From Neolecta irregularis DAH-3 (taxonomy: Eukaryota), in NCBI GenBank assembly GCA_001929475.1, contig LXFE01001511.1, positions 1 to 35,913 on the forward strand: 35,913 nucleotides of DNA, in the 5' to 3' direction. The position numbers and the translations under genes were made by a program. Shown here piece after piece: positions 1 to 10,958 of the stretch (its first letter is position 1; every line of letters begins with the position of its first letter). The notes below the pieces were generated by a model. The model worked only from the letters and a program-made list of their open reading frames with translations, was not told the DNA's origin and did not search any database.

Positions 1-92
1 CAAGTCTATTCAAGTCCAAACAAGCAAGTCTAAATTTTGGACTTGCTTACTTGCTTATTTTTGTCCCTTATAAACAAGTAAGCAAGCAAGTC
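1..92. repeat. CAAGT/ACTTG subterminal-type repeat cluster, probably the end of a non-autonomous DNA transposon
   Basis: Many CAAG(T/C)AAG units and their reverse complements, with an internal inverted repeat AAGCAAGTC...GACTTGCTT. The same motif family occurs at 4156-4245 and 35792-35913. Confidence 0.6.
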
Positions 93-1410
93 TGATCATA
101 TGTATCGCTAATGTATGCTATGCACATCATATATTATCTTTGTCCGTAGACTTTCCATGGCAAATCTATTTGAGTTTGTAGTGCCAGCTTGTAATTAGCT
201 AGCTATATTATTTGTTTTTGTTATGCAGATATTATGGACGGCACTGCCTCAATCGCTTGGAAGCGAAGTTTTAATATTTTTTGATATCTCATTGTATCGA
301 AAGACTTTGTTAATAATGACTTATTTGGAGACAATACAAGCGGGTTACTTGACAAATACTTTAGGGGATTTGCATCCACTGTTCTTTCCTGCGATTCACC
401 ATGCTATAGGGATATCAAATAATAGCGTTCCGGTTCTGTGTTCTCTGCCAAAAGAGGTTTCTAGCTTTGCTGGTAAAATTTCAGTTACTGCAAATTAGGT
501 GATAGGTTGCATGGATGTCAAAAATTGGCCAGTGAGAGGAGATTCGATGTACAGCCGTCTTAACTATTCGTGCTCAAGAATTCTGTTCCGAAGTGACGAA
601 GATCCTAAGGCTAAGTACTGGACATAGCGTTGAGGTTTAAGAGATCTGTGACGCGAGAGGTCGCAGTGGCACTCGCGTGGACACCAGCGGCAGATGGAGC
701 CTCTGGGAACACTGAATGGGAGAATGGTTGGAAATCAGGAGTAGAATAATTATCAAGCATCCAGAGGAGTGGCGAGTTACTTCGATAAGGATGTCGAAAC
801 GGTTTCGCATGAAAGAGGAAGAAGAGACATATAGATTGGGATGATACTAATATGGCTTACATGTGAGCAGAACTGAGGGAGGAAGAGGAGGAAGATTTTG
901 GAGGGAAGCGGAGCTGGATGGAGAGATTCAGCAGTCGCCATTGAGGCCAACCGCCTGCCCGCCGGAGAAATCTGAGCCGCCCGCCCTCCGACGGGCTGTT
1001 GGACAGATTTCTAAGCGGTCCCCCCCAAGAGATCTGAACCACCCACATTTGTTGGCAGACCTTTAGTTTCGCCTTTAAATTCTGATCCCGATAGTGGTCT
1101 TTTCGTTGGAAAGCTGATTACGGTGAAAGAAATCAACTGAAGAAATGGCCAGATAGAGACCAATTTATATTAGCAAATTTCGTTGTTTAATGAATGCGGG
1201 ATTGCTATCTTCAAGCCTGAACCACAAAGTTTTATCAGACTCTGTAAATTGGCAATTCCTGCCGCAGGCGGCGGGTGGTTGGACACACCTGCCAAAAAAT
1301 CAGTTAGAAAGGGTGTAAATGAGAAGTTATAAAGTCCAAGGGATATGATCATATACTGAGTCAAAACAATATCACCAATTATCAAATACGCCTTCAAACA
1401 TGTTTTGATT

Positions 1411-3303
1411 TCAACGTCGCATCCTTTGATACTCGAGATACCTTACTGGAGGATAGAAGATTGCAGCCAAGCTATATGAATTAGTCTAGTCCCTTTGTCA
1501 GCATGAATATCCTACACTGCAGACAACTCAAATCCTATATCGCCTCCTGGAGATCCAATAAGCTTAGCGATAGGACCTGTGAACCACGGCTGTTGCATGC
1601 CTAACACCGCACCTATGACTCCAACAATCGAAGAAACCCCAGCTGCGATACCAACAGGTAATCGAGAAGGTGTATTCCAATCGTCGAGTTGGTATCCGTA
1701 TCTAGAACGAAATATGAGATGTTCCTCTACCCATGATAAGTTTAGACGATAAATTAACTGAATACCTAGTACAATACAAGTATATATCGACGTCCAGTAC
1801 GCTATGAGACCCAGCATGTTTGTCAAAGCATCGTTGAAATGTTGGGCTCCAACCAGTGCAATGCCGGTCACCATAGCACTTCCTACTATAGTCCATGACC
1901 ACCGCGGAATCTTTAGGGCCCGATTTCCAAGTCCCTTTCGATATCAACCAACGTTCATTCGCACCAAATCAACCTGAATTGCAAACCCAGTAGAGTATTT
2001 GGCCAAAATAGTTGATGACATTGCCGCAAATAAAAATAGTAAGAAACTCACTAGCCTTCCAGCATTTCCTAGAGAGCGCAAAATTTCATCCAAAAGGCCA
2101 CCGATGTTATTCCGTTCATAGGCAGTTTCATAACGGGAATCAGTGAATATAGCTGTCCCACAAGCTGCCCCGACAATTTCGGAAGGCGCCATTGACAGCC
2201 TAAAAATTAGACAAAACATATTGAAGGTGTACATTAATGATGCATAGGATACGAGGTAGATCCGGACACGTTTTGTATCAACCGGTCTCATAACATTATA
2301 ATCTGCCGCTGTCGTTGCCCTATTACCATTATCCTCTATATTTGAATCGAAATCATACCATCCAATTCCACCGCCGACAATGGCCGCCGCGAAATTCAGA
2401 ATTGCTGCCATCTTATCCGAATTTGCAGGAGCGGAAACTGTGAATGATCCGTCTTTCCCAAGCTGTACCAGAACTATTATGACCGATATTAGCGAAGGAA
2501 TATAGGCGTATGACTGAAATTTGTGAAGGACATCATAACCAAAGAAGGCAATAATGAATGCAAGAATGCCTAGACCGATGATACTGATGCGGTAAGGAAT
2601 GACTGTTGTGATTTCAAATAGGATTTGAGAAGATAGAATGAGTCCAATGGCTCCCCAGCCGGTCCTTTAGTCAGCGATGTATGAGAGCCGACTCGCATTG
2701 CAAAAAGGTTGAGAATACATACGACTCGTGTTCCTTTCACAGCTCAGTAGAACTGACGAGTGTGTACATACCTATCCATCCAAAACTGAAACGTGAAATA
2801 GCCATTTGACGGAGCCCGAATTGAGGACCAAGGCTGAAATAGTTAGCAATCAAGGAGTATCCATAGAGAATGCGTTGCGAAAAATGCTACTGGGGCAAGA
2901 CTCAAAAGATTGAAGATGATAATAAGTACTGTTGATTCCCAAAAACCTTGAATGTTAGCCGTGCATATGTCTAGTGGAGACTGAGTCTGAATACGGCTGT
3001 CTATTAGTAATGTAACAGCGGAACCAGATACCTGGACCCAGAATGCCCACGGACATTGTTGAGATGCCAATGTTTGCACTCCACCAGACTGCAACAATAT
3101 GCCACTAAACCATTCAGTTAGGAATGAATGGTGCATACCAAGGAGCTATCCGTTCGGTCTTCAGGTAGAACTCTTTCAATCCCTCTTTGTTCCACAAGTA
3201 ATTTGCTCGTCAAATGCTGCAACTTTTCAGTCATAGATTTCTCGTCCTGGATCTCTTTGTATTCCACTGACGGAGATTCGAGATCAGATTCATGCTGCTT
3301 CAT
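1411..3303 (-). CDS. FCY2: Purine-cytosine permease (NCS1/FCY2 family), multi-exon
   Basis: Spliced translation gives VEQRGIERV, WWSAN, FFATLGPQFGLRQMAISRFSFG, AADYN, EEHLIFR, PVGIAA and GGDIGFELSA. ATG at 3303; last exon LAAIFYPPVRYLEYQRMRR* ends at 1411. The symbol denotes the family, not proven orthology. Confidence 0.9.
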
Positions 3304-3600
3304 TGTTACTGGTATGTGTACTGATTTCTACTCTGGTTTCGTTTTTTTGCTGATCTCTGGAGGGAACCAGTTCTTTATCCCGAAATTTATAGTTCGCTTG
3401 CCTAGAACGGAATTTTTATAGTTAGATAGTCTGGAATGGAATTTCGAACTAATTTATGACGGAAAACTGGCGAGGAACTATGGCTCCATGTTATTACGGT
3501 GTTACAAGGCCGGTGATCCCTGTTGTGAGGATCCAAAAAGAAAATATCTTAATTCGATGGTCTCTCTACCCGATAACATCAATTGTCGCGCTATTTCAAG

Positions 3601-3627
3601 GTATCAAGTATCAAGTATCAAGTATCA
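3601..3627 (+). repeat. Short 7-mer tandem repeat (GTATCAA)x~4
   Basis: Sequence reads gtatcaagtatcaagtatcaagtatca. Confidence 0.7.
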
Positions 3628-4155
3628 TATTTCAATTTTCTATTATCATCGGCTCATCTTTTGCGGTATCTTTATCCATGTTATCTCTCTTTGTGAAATG
3701 ACGAAACACACACGATGATCACTTCTATTCCGCACAGCATCCCATTATGCTTGTCTTTCATATGAATTGTTGCAGGTGATCCATGTCTTGATGATTGAAA
3801 TTGTGAGCATTATGCATTTATGCCAAGATAGAATCATTTTTCCTCTTGAGCTGACTAAGACCTCTTGGGCATATGATACGAAAGAAATGCAAGAAATATT
3901 CTTTGGACGTTATTTAACGGATCTCTTTTGTTTTACTTCCTTTTAGTTTATATCTAGTTGTTAGTGGCGACGCGGCTCCTATGCTTTTTTCCTTGAGCCG
4001 TCCTTTGGTAGGAATCTGTGGATAATGATGTATCCACCCAAGTCAAGAATCTAAGAATCGTTTTTCATTTTATCGAAGTCGTGTCAGAATCATCGAAAAA
4101 CTTTACAACTGCAGCCTGCATGTGAAAGACTTCTAGGGTCGTTAGGGTATATCAG

Positions 4156-4245
4156 CTAGGGAGTGGATATAAGCCAAGTATCCAGAATATTTCAGGCCTT
4201 TGGACTTGCTTGCTTGGACTTGGTAGCATACTTGGACTTGCTTGA
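4156..4245. repeat. Second copy of the CAAGT/ACTTG repeat family
   Basis: AGTGGATATAAGCCAAGT followed by TTTGGACTTGCTTGCTTGGACTTG, resembling AGTGGAAATAGCCAGACTTG...TTTGGGCTTGCTTACTTG at the right window end. Confidence 0.6.
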
Positions 4246-4259
4246 TAGATTTTTAGTGT

Positions 4260-5050
4260 TGATGAAACTGGGCGTCTCACCATGGCTCTGCCTAGATCAG
4301 CACAGGGAAACGAATATATCTTGTGGTAATGGAACACTATACTCAGTTCCCCTTGGCATATGCCGTCGCTGCTGCAATGCCACTACAGTGGCCCGAATCC
4401 TTTACAACACAGTTGTATGCTTCTTTGGTCCTCCATCTAGGATTATCACTGACAATGGGACCCATTTCAATAACGAGATTATTCACAATTTATGCAAGAC
4501 TGTCAAAACAACCTTCTCCCTGACCACGCCATGCAACCCACAAAGCAATGGGCTCACTGAACGTTTTAACGGTACCCTGATAAAACAACTAAAGATCTCT
4601 GCAGCAAACAAACAACCCTGAAAACTGGGATTTATTCCTAAACGACATACTCTTTGCCTATCGTACCAGAAAACTATGTGGTCATTCTTACTCATCTTAT
4701 AAAAAACCTTTTTGGTAGCCGTCCTCCGACTTTTGACCCAGTCCCCCCTTTTGCAGCAAATTTCATGCCAGAGGAGCAACGAAGAGTTCAATTGGAGGCC
4801 ATTCAAGAGCAAATGTTTGATGGAAGAGCTCAGGCCATCGATCAGTACAACCCAATCACCTCCTTCGAAGTCGGGCAATTGGTTCTGCCTGCACATTCTC
4901 TCTTTAGAGCAAACACATTAATATCGCTCTACTACCCTCAACCATACACCATCAAGTCTGCTCATGATGGGAACACCTACAAAATCCAAACTTTACATGG
5001 CCATGAGCATCTTACTAAGGTCAATGGGCGACGACTCAAACTCTACCTCG
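4260..5050 (+). pseudogene. Degenerate Ty3/gypsy LTR-retrotransposon integrase (rve core and C-terminal region)
   Basis: Across frames: LPRSAQGNEYILVVMEHYTQFP, FGPPSRIITDNGTHF, PQSNGLTERFNGTL, WDLFLNDILFAYRT, and YPQPYTI...VNGRRLKLY. Contains frameshifts and an in-frame stop at 4619-4621; no RT or gag upstream. Confidence 0.9.
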
Positions 5051-5124
5051 CCGACCATCACTCACCGCCTCTACAAGTGGAAACCAGGATCTCCTGCTCC
5101 TTGACACCCCTGCACTCGATCTTT

Positions 5125-5246
5125 AGAGGGGAATGTGTTGCAGAGCTGGTGAAATCTTCACTTGTTCAGAACACTTTCTCATCCCATGTGTTCCGCGCGA
5201 ATAAAAACGTCCGCGAAATAACCACCGCCACCACTCCACTCCAACG
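5125..5246 (+). mobile_element. Polypurine tract and probable short 3' LTR of the gypsy relic
   Basis: AGAGGGGAA PPT closely followed by TGTTG at 5136, AATAAA at ~5200, and CAACG (decayed CAACA) at 5242-5246. The LTR right boundary is uncertain. Confidence 0.55.
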
Positions 5247-5378
5247 CTTTGCTTAAACCCACCAAGATGCCTAATTATCTTGCGACCGCTGCTTCTCCAC
5301 CTTAAGCCTTACAATTTATTTGGTTCACTTTACACTAAACCTACAGAATTCTGCTTGATTGAATGCTGCAAACTTCTG

Positions 5379-5590
5379 CCCGCCTCTCCCGCCTCTCTCC
5401 CGCCTCTCTCCCATCGCTCTCCCGTCGCTCTCTCCCGCCTGTCTCTCCCGCCTGTCTCTACCGCCCATCCCGCAGGACTCTCCTGCACGCGGCACACCTG
5501 CCTCACCCGCCTCACCCTCCCTTCCCCTTGTCTCACCTGTCTCGCCTGTCTCTCCCCCTCTCCCGCCCTCTTCCGCCCATCCCGCCTTAC
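5379..5590 (+). repeat. C/T-rich low-complexity minisatellite (CCCGCCTCTCT / CTCGCCTGTCT-like units)
   Basis: Repeated degenerate 11-12-mers, which account for the overlapping spurious Pro/Ser-rich ORFs in the ORF track. Confidence 0.75.
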
Positions 5591-5759
5591 TTGCTGCATT
5601 TTACTACCATTACTCCTACAACCGCCACTACAACTTATGAGATTTTCATCACCGCTAAAGTCAACTTCAATTTGCCTCGCCTCTACAAGATTCCCTTAAC
5701 CAAGTACCTTTCCTCTTCTACTATTTCTTCGTAACTGTTAACTATATATATGAATTATT

Positions 5760-5866
5760 CAGTCTATCAGACCGTGCAGACCAACTTGACCTTTGGTCTG
5801 GTCGGTCTGGACTGAAATAAATGCCAATCTAGTCTGGTCTATTTGGTCGGTCTATTTGGTCCAGTC
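5760..5866. repeat. CAGAC/GGTCT inverted-repeat hairpin cluster (MITE or transposon-end-like)
   Basis: CAGTC-CAGACCG-CAGACCAA...TTGGTCTG-CGGTCTG-GACTG forms a long imperfect palindrome at 5760-5814, followed by repeated GGTCTATTTGGTC. Confidence 0.55.
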
Positions 5867-6700
5867 GATTAGGAACGCTGGTCTAACCTGATACGACAGT
5901 ATTTTCGAAACCTCCAGCGAAGTATGCACATCCTGCCAGTGCAGCAGTCTTTAAAAAGTGACTGATCAGGGCTAAATATGTGGGGCCCAATCCAATTTGC
6001 TGCTTTCTCATGGCAAGACTCATTCCCAAATGCCCAATGCCCAATGTACACGTATATATCGTTTAATGCATTGTGATATGCGGCTGCTAAGACCATAGTG
6101 CGGGATAAAACTTTAGGCAATCCTTGTCATCAGACCTTGCTAAGCGGCTGACCTCTCATTTTATTCATAATTATCGCAGTGTCATCCATTTAATTATCCT
6201 TGAGAAAAGTCTCTTGATCACTAACATCGGGATTAGTCATTAGCCAAATGAAGCTCAAAAACCGTATTCTTCTGAAGCCTTCGTTTCGAATGCCAGATAT
6301 CCTAGGATAAAGAATGGACACGGATTGGCCGTTGATCAGGTGTTTATGGGGCTAGAAGCCTGCAGCCACACCAGGCCACATCGAACTTGCACTTCATCTA
6401 AGATGTGTTCTGGTTTGTTGTTTGATCATACTTATAACGGTTTCACTCGCCTGTATCATATATTTCTCACTCTGCCAGGCCTTACTCAAGACTGGTGCTA
6501 TTATTTTCCTTCTTATCACAGGCTTTCTTTTAGAAATATCAGTTTTAAAAATGATTTCATAACCTTGAAATTGGCTTGCCAAGTTTTTATCTATCCACGC
6601 TATTGAACCTCGTCTTCCATGGGAAAAAGAGCCTTGTCCCACCAATGACCATTTCCATATCTAAACCAACTTTTCTTGTTGAAATAGGAAACCACCCATT

Positions 6701-8609
6701 ATGCTTGAAAGGAAGGCCTTCTCACAAATCATAGCAGAGCTAGAGACGGGGCAAGTTCGGGGTGAGTCACGACCGGATAAAAGACATCTCTGGAAATGGG
6801 CAGGCTTACTTTTCGTTGAACAACGGGGAATCGAAAGGGTTATGCCCAATGAACGAACAGATACGTCGATGGCATAAACTTATGCGGTTAGTTCTTACAT
6901 TATAGTTGAATATTGCTTCGATGTGGCTGAGTGCAAATTTGACCATTAGTACGTTTGTTATCGGGACTTTAGGTCCACGTAAGTCAGATAACTCTTCATT
7001 CATATCTTGTTAATCGCAAAGTCGTTTTTGAACTTGGTATTTTTGAAGTTTGGACAATATCTTCTTATGAATAGGCTTCTGGGATTCGGTATTTACTGTT
7101 CTCTGTTGCAACATCTTTTGTACCCTCCCTGTAGCCTTTTTTGCTACGTATTACTTCACAATTTGAATTGTCATTTAACTGGATAGGCTCGGACCAAAGT
7201 TCGGCCTTAGACAAGTGGTTATATCTCGTTATAGTTTTGGGTGGGTAGGTAAGCCTCAAGTTTGATAGGCTTGACTCAATCGGAGGAACCTGGCTAATCG
7301 GTTGCCTCAATTGTATTTCCTGGTATTCCTCGTGATTTTAAGCTCTAACTGGAAGTATTGGTTGGTCCACAGTAAATTCAATTGTCGGTGCACAGGTCCT
7401 TAGAGAAATCGATGGAAAATTCCCTTACTGGGCAGGAATTGTTGTTATTGCCATATTGTCTTTGGTGGTTGCTTTAATGGGGTACAAGAGCGTTCACACC
7501 TACGAGAAATATGCGATAATCCCTATATTTTGCATATTCCTCTTTATAATTGTCGAGGTGTTTAAGAGCGGTGCTTTCCAGACACAACCTATGGGAACAG
7601 GTATCACAGAAGCAGGTGATGTACTGAGCTTTGGAAGTGCAATTACAGGATTTGGCATAGGATGGTGCTTCATTTCCTACGAATATGAGACCTGATGCAT
7701 AGGGCTGCATTTGCTGCAGATTACAACGTCATGCAACCCGAAACCCGAGATCCTTGGAAGGTATTTTTTGCTACATGGGCAGGAATTCTGTGAACCCAAG
7801 TTTGAGTTGTCAATCACTTACGACCTAGTGCTGCTCTTCTCTTTGTCCAGTTTATTGGCGTAGCATCTGCAATGGCTGTTCTATCAACTCCTCGCTTTAG
7901 AGATGCTTATGGTACAAACAGCATTGGAGGTTTAGTAGGTGAAATCTTGAAACCACTCAGCGGCTGCCTCCAAAAGCTAAGCCTCGCACTACTAGCCTTC
8001 AGCATTATTTCTAATAATGTGCCCAATAATTATTCATTCGCTCTTTCTATGCAGGTGTCTATGAATGTTTTCCAATATTGAATTTTAGGTCTTTGGGGGA
8101 CCTTTCTTAAAGACCCCAAGGTGGCTTTGGACCATTGTTGGTGGTCTGGTTTATATCGCGTTAGCGATACCTGGGTCGACTCGTTTCGAGACTGCTCTGG
8201 AAAATCTCCTCAATATGACTGCATATTGGCTGTCAATCTACACTGTGATTATAACTGGTACTATTTTGTTCCAAGGTGTTCTCTCACTTGTTTAGAAGAA
8301 CATTTTATATTCCGGCAAGGTGGTTCCGGCTACCATCTCGACAATTGGAACGACCGATCGAGACTTCCAATCGGATTTGCCGCACTGCTTGCTTTGTGCT
8401 GTGGCATTTTTGGTGCTATCTTAGGTATGAATCAGGCATGGTATACAGGTATAATAGCCAAACACATTGGTAAAAACGGTGGCGACATTGGATTTGAGTT
8501 GGCTGCCATGTATGATGTAACGGATGATCATACTACTTGACTACCTAGGTTTGCAGGTATCGTATACCCAATTGCGAGAGTATTTGAAAGGCGAAAGTTG
8601 GGCCGATGA
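6701..8609 (+). CDS. Second purine-cytosine permease (NCS1/FCY2 family), complete multi-exon gene; the 5' exons are missed by the ORF track
   Basis: ATG at 6701: MLERKAF...VEQRGIERV...WLSANLTISTFVIGTLGP...GFWDS...FFATLGPKFGLRQVVISRYSFGW...LNCISCIGWSTVNSIVGAQ...AADYN...NNVPNNYS...EEHFIFR...GGDIGFELA...ERRKLGR* (TGA at 8607-8609). The intron positions compared match the paralog at 1411-3303. Confidence 0.9.
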
Positions 8610-8946
8610 GACTCTATTCAGCGCCTCGTTGCGATGTCAGATGATGATTATTACAGCATCTGCCCTCAGTCTCAATTCTTACAACTGAAATTTAAAATTT
8701 ACTTCTGTTGTTGCGCAATTTCATCCTGTGAGCTTTATGTTAGGATTAATGGTATATATTACTCAGCACCTGAGCCTTCTCAGATAACAAGCTTGAACAT
8801 CAACTGAGCTGAATAACTACCAACCCCAACCCTACGAGTCTTTGCGACCTAAATTTGCAAGATTTTACAGGAAGCCGAAGAAAAATGTTTGAACTGTCCG
8901 CATCATGCTGCATTTTATAGCACCCAACTGGGAGATGGTGGGATAT

Positions 8947-9041
8947 GGTTCTATAGTGTAGTGGCATCACATCGGATTTTGAAAACCTGTAGAGCGTTTG
9001 AAACCTTTCCGGTAACCCGGGTTCGAATCCCGGTAGGACCT
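8947..9041 (+). tRNA. tRNA-Gln(UUG) with a 24-nt intron (8983-9006)
   Basis: Acceptor stem GGTTCTA/TAGGACC, D arm with TAGTGG, anticodon stem TCGGA/TCCGG with TTG at 8979-8981, T-loop GGTTCGAATCC, and a T-rich Pol III terminator downstream. Confidence 0.93.
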
Positions 9042-9754
9042 CATTTGTTTTATTACCTGGCACCCTCCTTACGATTACTTACTTCACTTGCATTTTCGCT
9101 GGTTCACTCTACTTGGAACCATTTGCTCATACCACCCAACACAGGACAATGAATGATTCCGATGTAACTGAACAAATTTAGGTTTCTCCCATCTAGCATT
9201 CACAATTGCTTAAGTTTGAGGTAGGGAGGATTGTAATTGTTATAGACATAGTGTATTCATTGCAGACATGTCCCAAGGGCCCTGCGTTGTTTTCCAAGGA
9301 GGTTATATGTAAAGAGTTATCTCCCAATAGCTCTCGTCCCAAGCAGCCATTGGAATATCCTCATGCTAATTTCATATGCATGCTTCCAGCTTTCCGATCT
9401 CGAGAATTACATTTTTCGTTTCTCTACCTTTGTTTCATTCTTTCATAATCTGTCATAGTATTTTCTTATTGGCTCTCTTATTCAATTGCTCCAGCTCAGT
9501 AATTCGCGCCTCGATCTTTTTTCTGCGTTATCTCAACCTGAGATAATTTGTCAGAACAGCGATTTCAAAGCATCGTGAGAAATTATACACTACTGAGTTG
9601 TAGTGTGCAAGAAATCTATCCTAATGAGCAACCTCCAGCAGTTGAATCAGAGGTTGAATCAGACAAAGGGCGACCGTATCAAATAATAAGATGATATCGT
9701 TGAAATAAAACCAACACCTAATCCTAACAACCTAAGCATAGCATTCCATGCAAA

Positions 9755-10776
9755 TTACATCACTTCCTCTAACCATTCATCAAAATATCGACATCCACTT
9801 GGATTCACCGGACTGCCCTCTTCGCATAACATGAATGCAGGACATCTGCCACACGGAGCTTCAGTGAAACCATCTAATCTTGTTACCTGAGATTGCCGAA
9901 TCGCTCGATAGGTTGTCCCATCAGGTTGCTGCTCAATCTTTCCATCGCAGACAAGAACATCTAAGAGATTTCCAACCTCACTGATGCCCAAGTCGACCTC
10001 GGTCAATTCCGAATTTCGAAGCCAGTTGGTTATTTGGGAGACATTAGGAAATCCAGAATGATCTGCTGGGTAAAGCTTTCCGATTCCCACGGACTTTGGA
10101 GGAAAGCTTCTTGATTCAACGAACCGGTATATCGCTGTGCATAATCTTTCGATAAATTCTACATCCAGTTCTTGGTCGGTAAACCATGGACCGCCGGTGA
10201 CCTCTATGGAAGGTTGAAGATCGAATAGCATGTATATCTTTCGCGTAGGCGTCTTGACAGATTTCACCGCTTTTATGAGTTGATTAGATTCAAGGGATTT
10301 CAAACAACGAGTCATCACAGTTTGATGTAAATTTGATTTTGCTTTGATGATTTTTGTCCAGATGCCTACGAATAAATAGCTGTTCCCAGAAGCGAAAAAC
10401 CTTCTGTGCCGGCGGCTTTAATAATTCCATATACAATCTGTTCATCACCCTCAAGGCCTGACATTCTAAAAGTTAACATGACGCTATATGAGAACTTACT
10501 TTTTTGCGTCATCCTTCCTCTGTGCTTTATACATCAGTTCTCCATTGAGCATCATTACTTCCAGTAGTCTCTATTGATCAGAAAACATAACCATTTAATA
10601 GTTGCCTTTGTCAACAGTGTGTTAATCAAGTCCCCAATCTCCTTTGTTGTCCTCCCGGACATCATACTCTCCAGATCATTTTGGCTTAGTGTGTCCGGAT
10701 GTCTGGCGAGGCATTGTTCGTACAAAGAAGCCGCATCTGGCGCAAAACCATCGCCAGTCTTCTTTTTTGGAGGCAT
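9755..10776 (-). CDS. RPC34: RNA polymerase III subunit C34 (RPC6/RPC34), 4 exons
   Basis: GIWTKIIKAKSNLHQTVMTRCLKSLE, VKSVKTPTRKIYML, PSIEVTGGPWFTDQELD, and the C-terminal Fe-S motif PCGRCP-x4-C-x9-C. Confidence 0.95.
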
Positions 10777-10838
10777 GGTCTAAAGACCTCAAAACTCCGA
10801 TTCAGCTAATAAAATCGGTTTACTAGCCAGTGTGGATT

Positions 10839-10853
10839 GGAAGTTTCTGGAAA
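10839..10853. promoter_or_regulatory. Heat-shock element (three-unit nGAAnnTTCnnGAAn) in the RPC34/STI1 divergent promoter
   Basis: gGAAgtTTCtgGAAa about 110 nt upstream of the STI1 ATG, with a second GAAatTTC near 10930. STI1 is an established HSF target. Confidence 0.7.
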
Positions 10854-10958
10854 ACGAATTGGGGTTCATAACCGAGCCCAACTAAAATTGAAGGAACTCT
10901 CCACCAGCAATTATTAACCATCAAAAACGGAAATTTCGAATATCTTCACGCTGATCTT

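Noticed and set aside
223-1066. Short ORFs next to the left repeat as a transposase remnant
   Set aside because: No recognisable motif and multiple stops; possibly decayed, but not supportable.
5280-5734. Pro/Ser/Leu-rich ORFs in several frames
   Set aside because: Artefacts of the C/T-rich minisatellite.
5869-6320. Protein-like minus-strand fragment
   Set aside because: Interrupted by stops, with no family assignable by eye.
6661-7310. Minus-strand ORFs as a separate gene
   Set aside because: They are antisense shadows of permease 2 exons.
7340-8609. Second permease as a 5'-truncated pseudogene
   Set aside because: Small upstream exons back to the ATG at 6701 restore a complete protein.
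8800-9152. ORFs overlapping the tRNA
   Set aside because: Incidental frames across tRNA-Gln.
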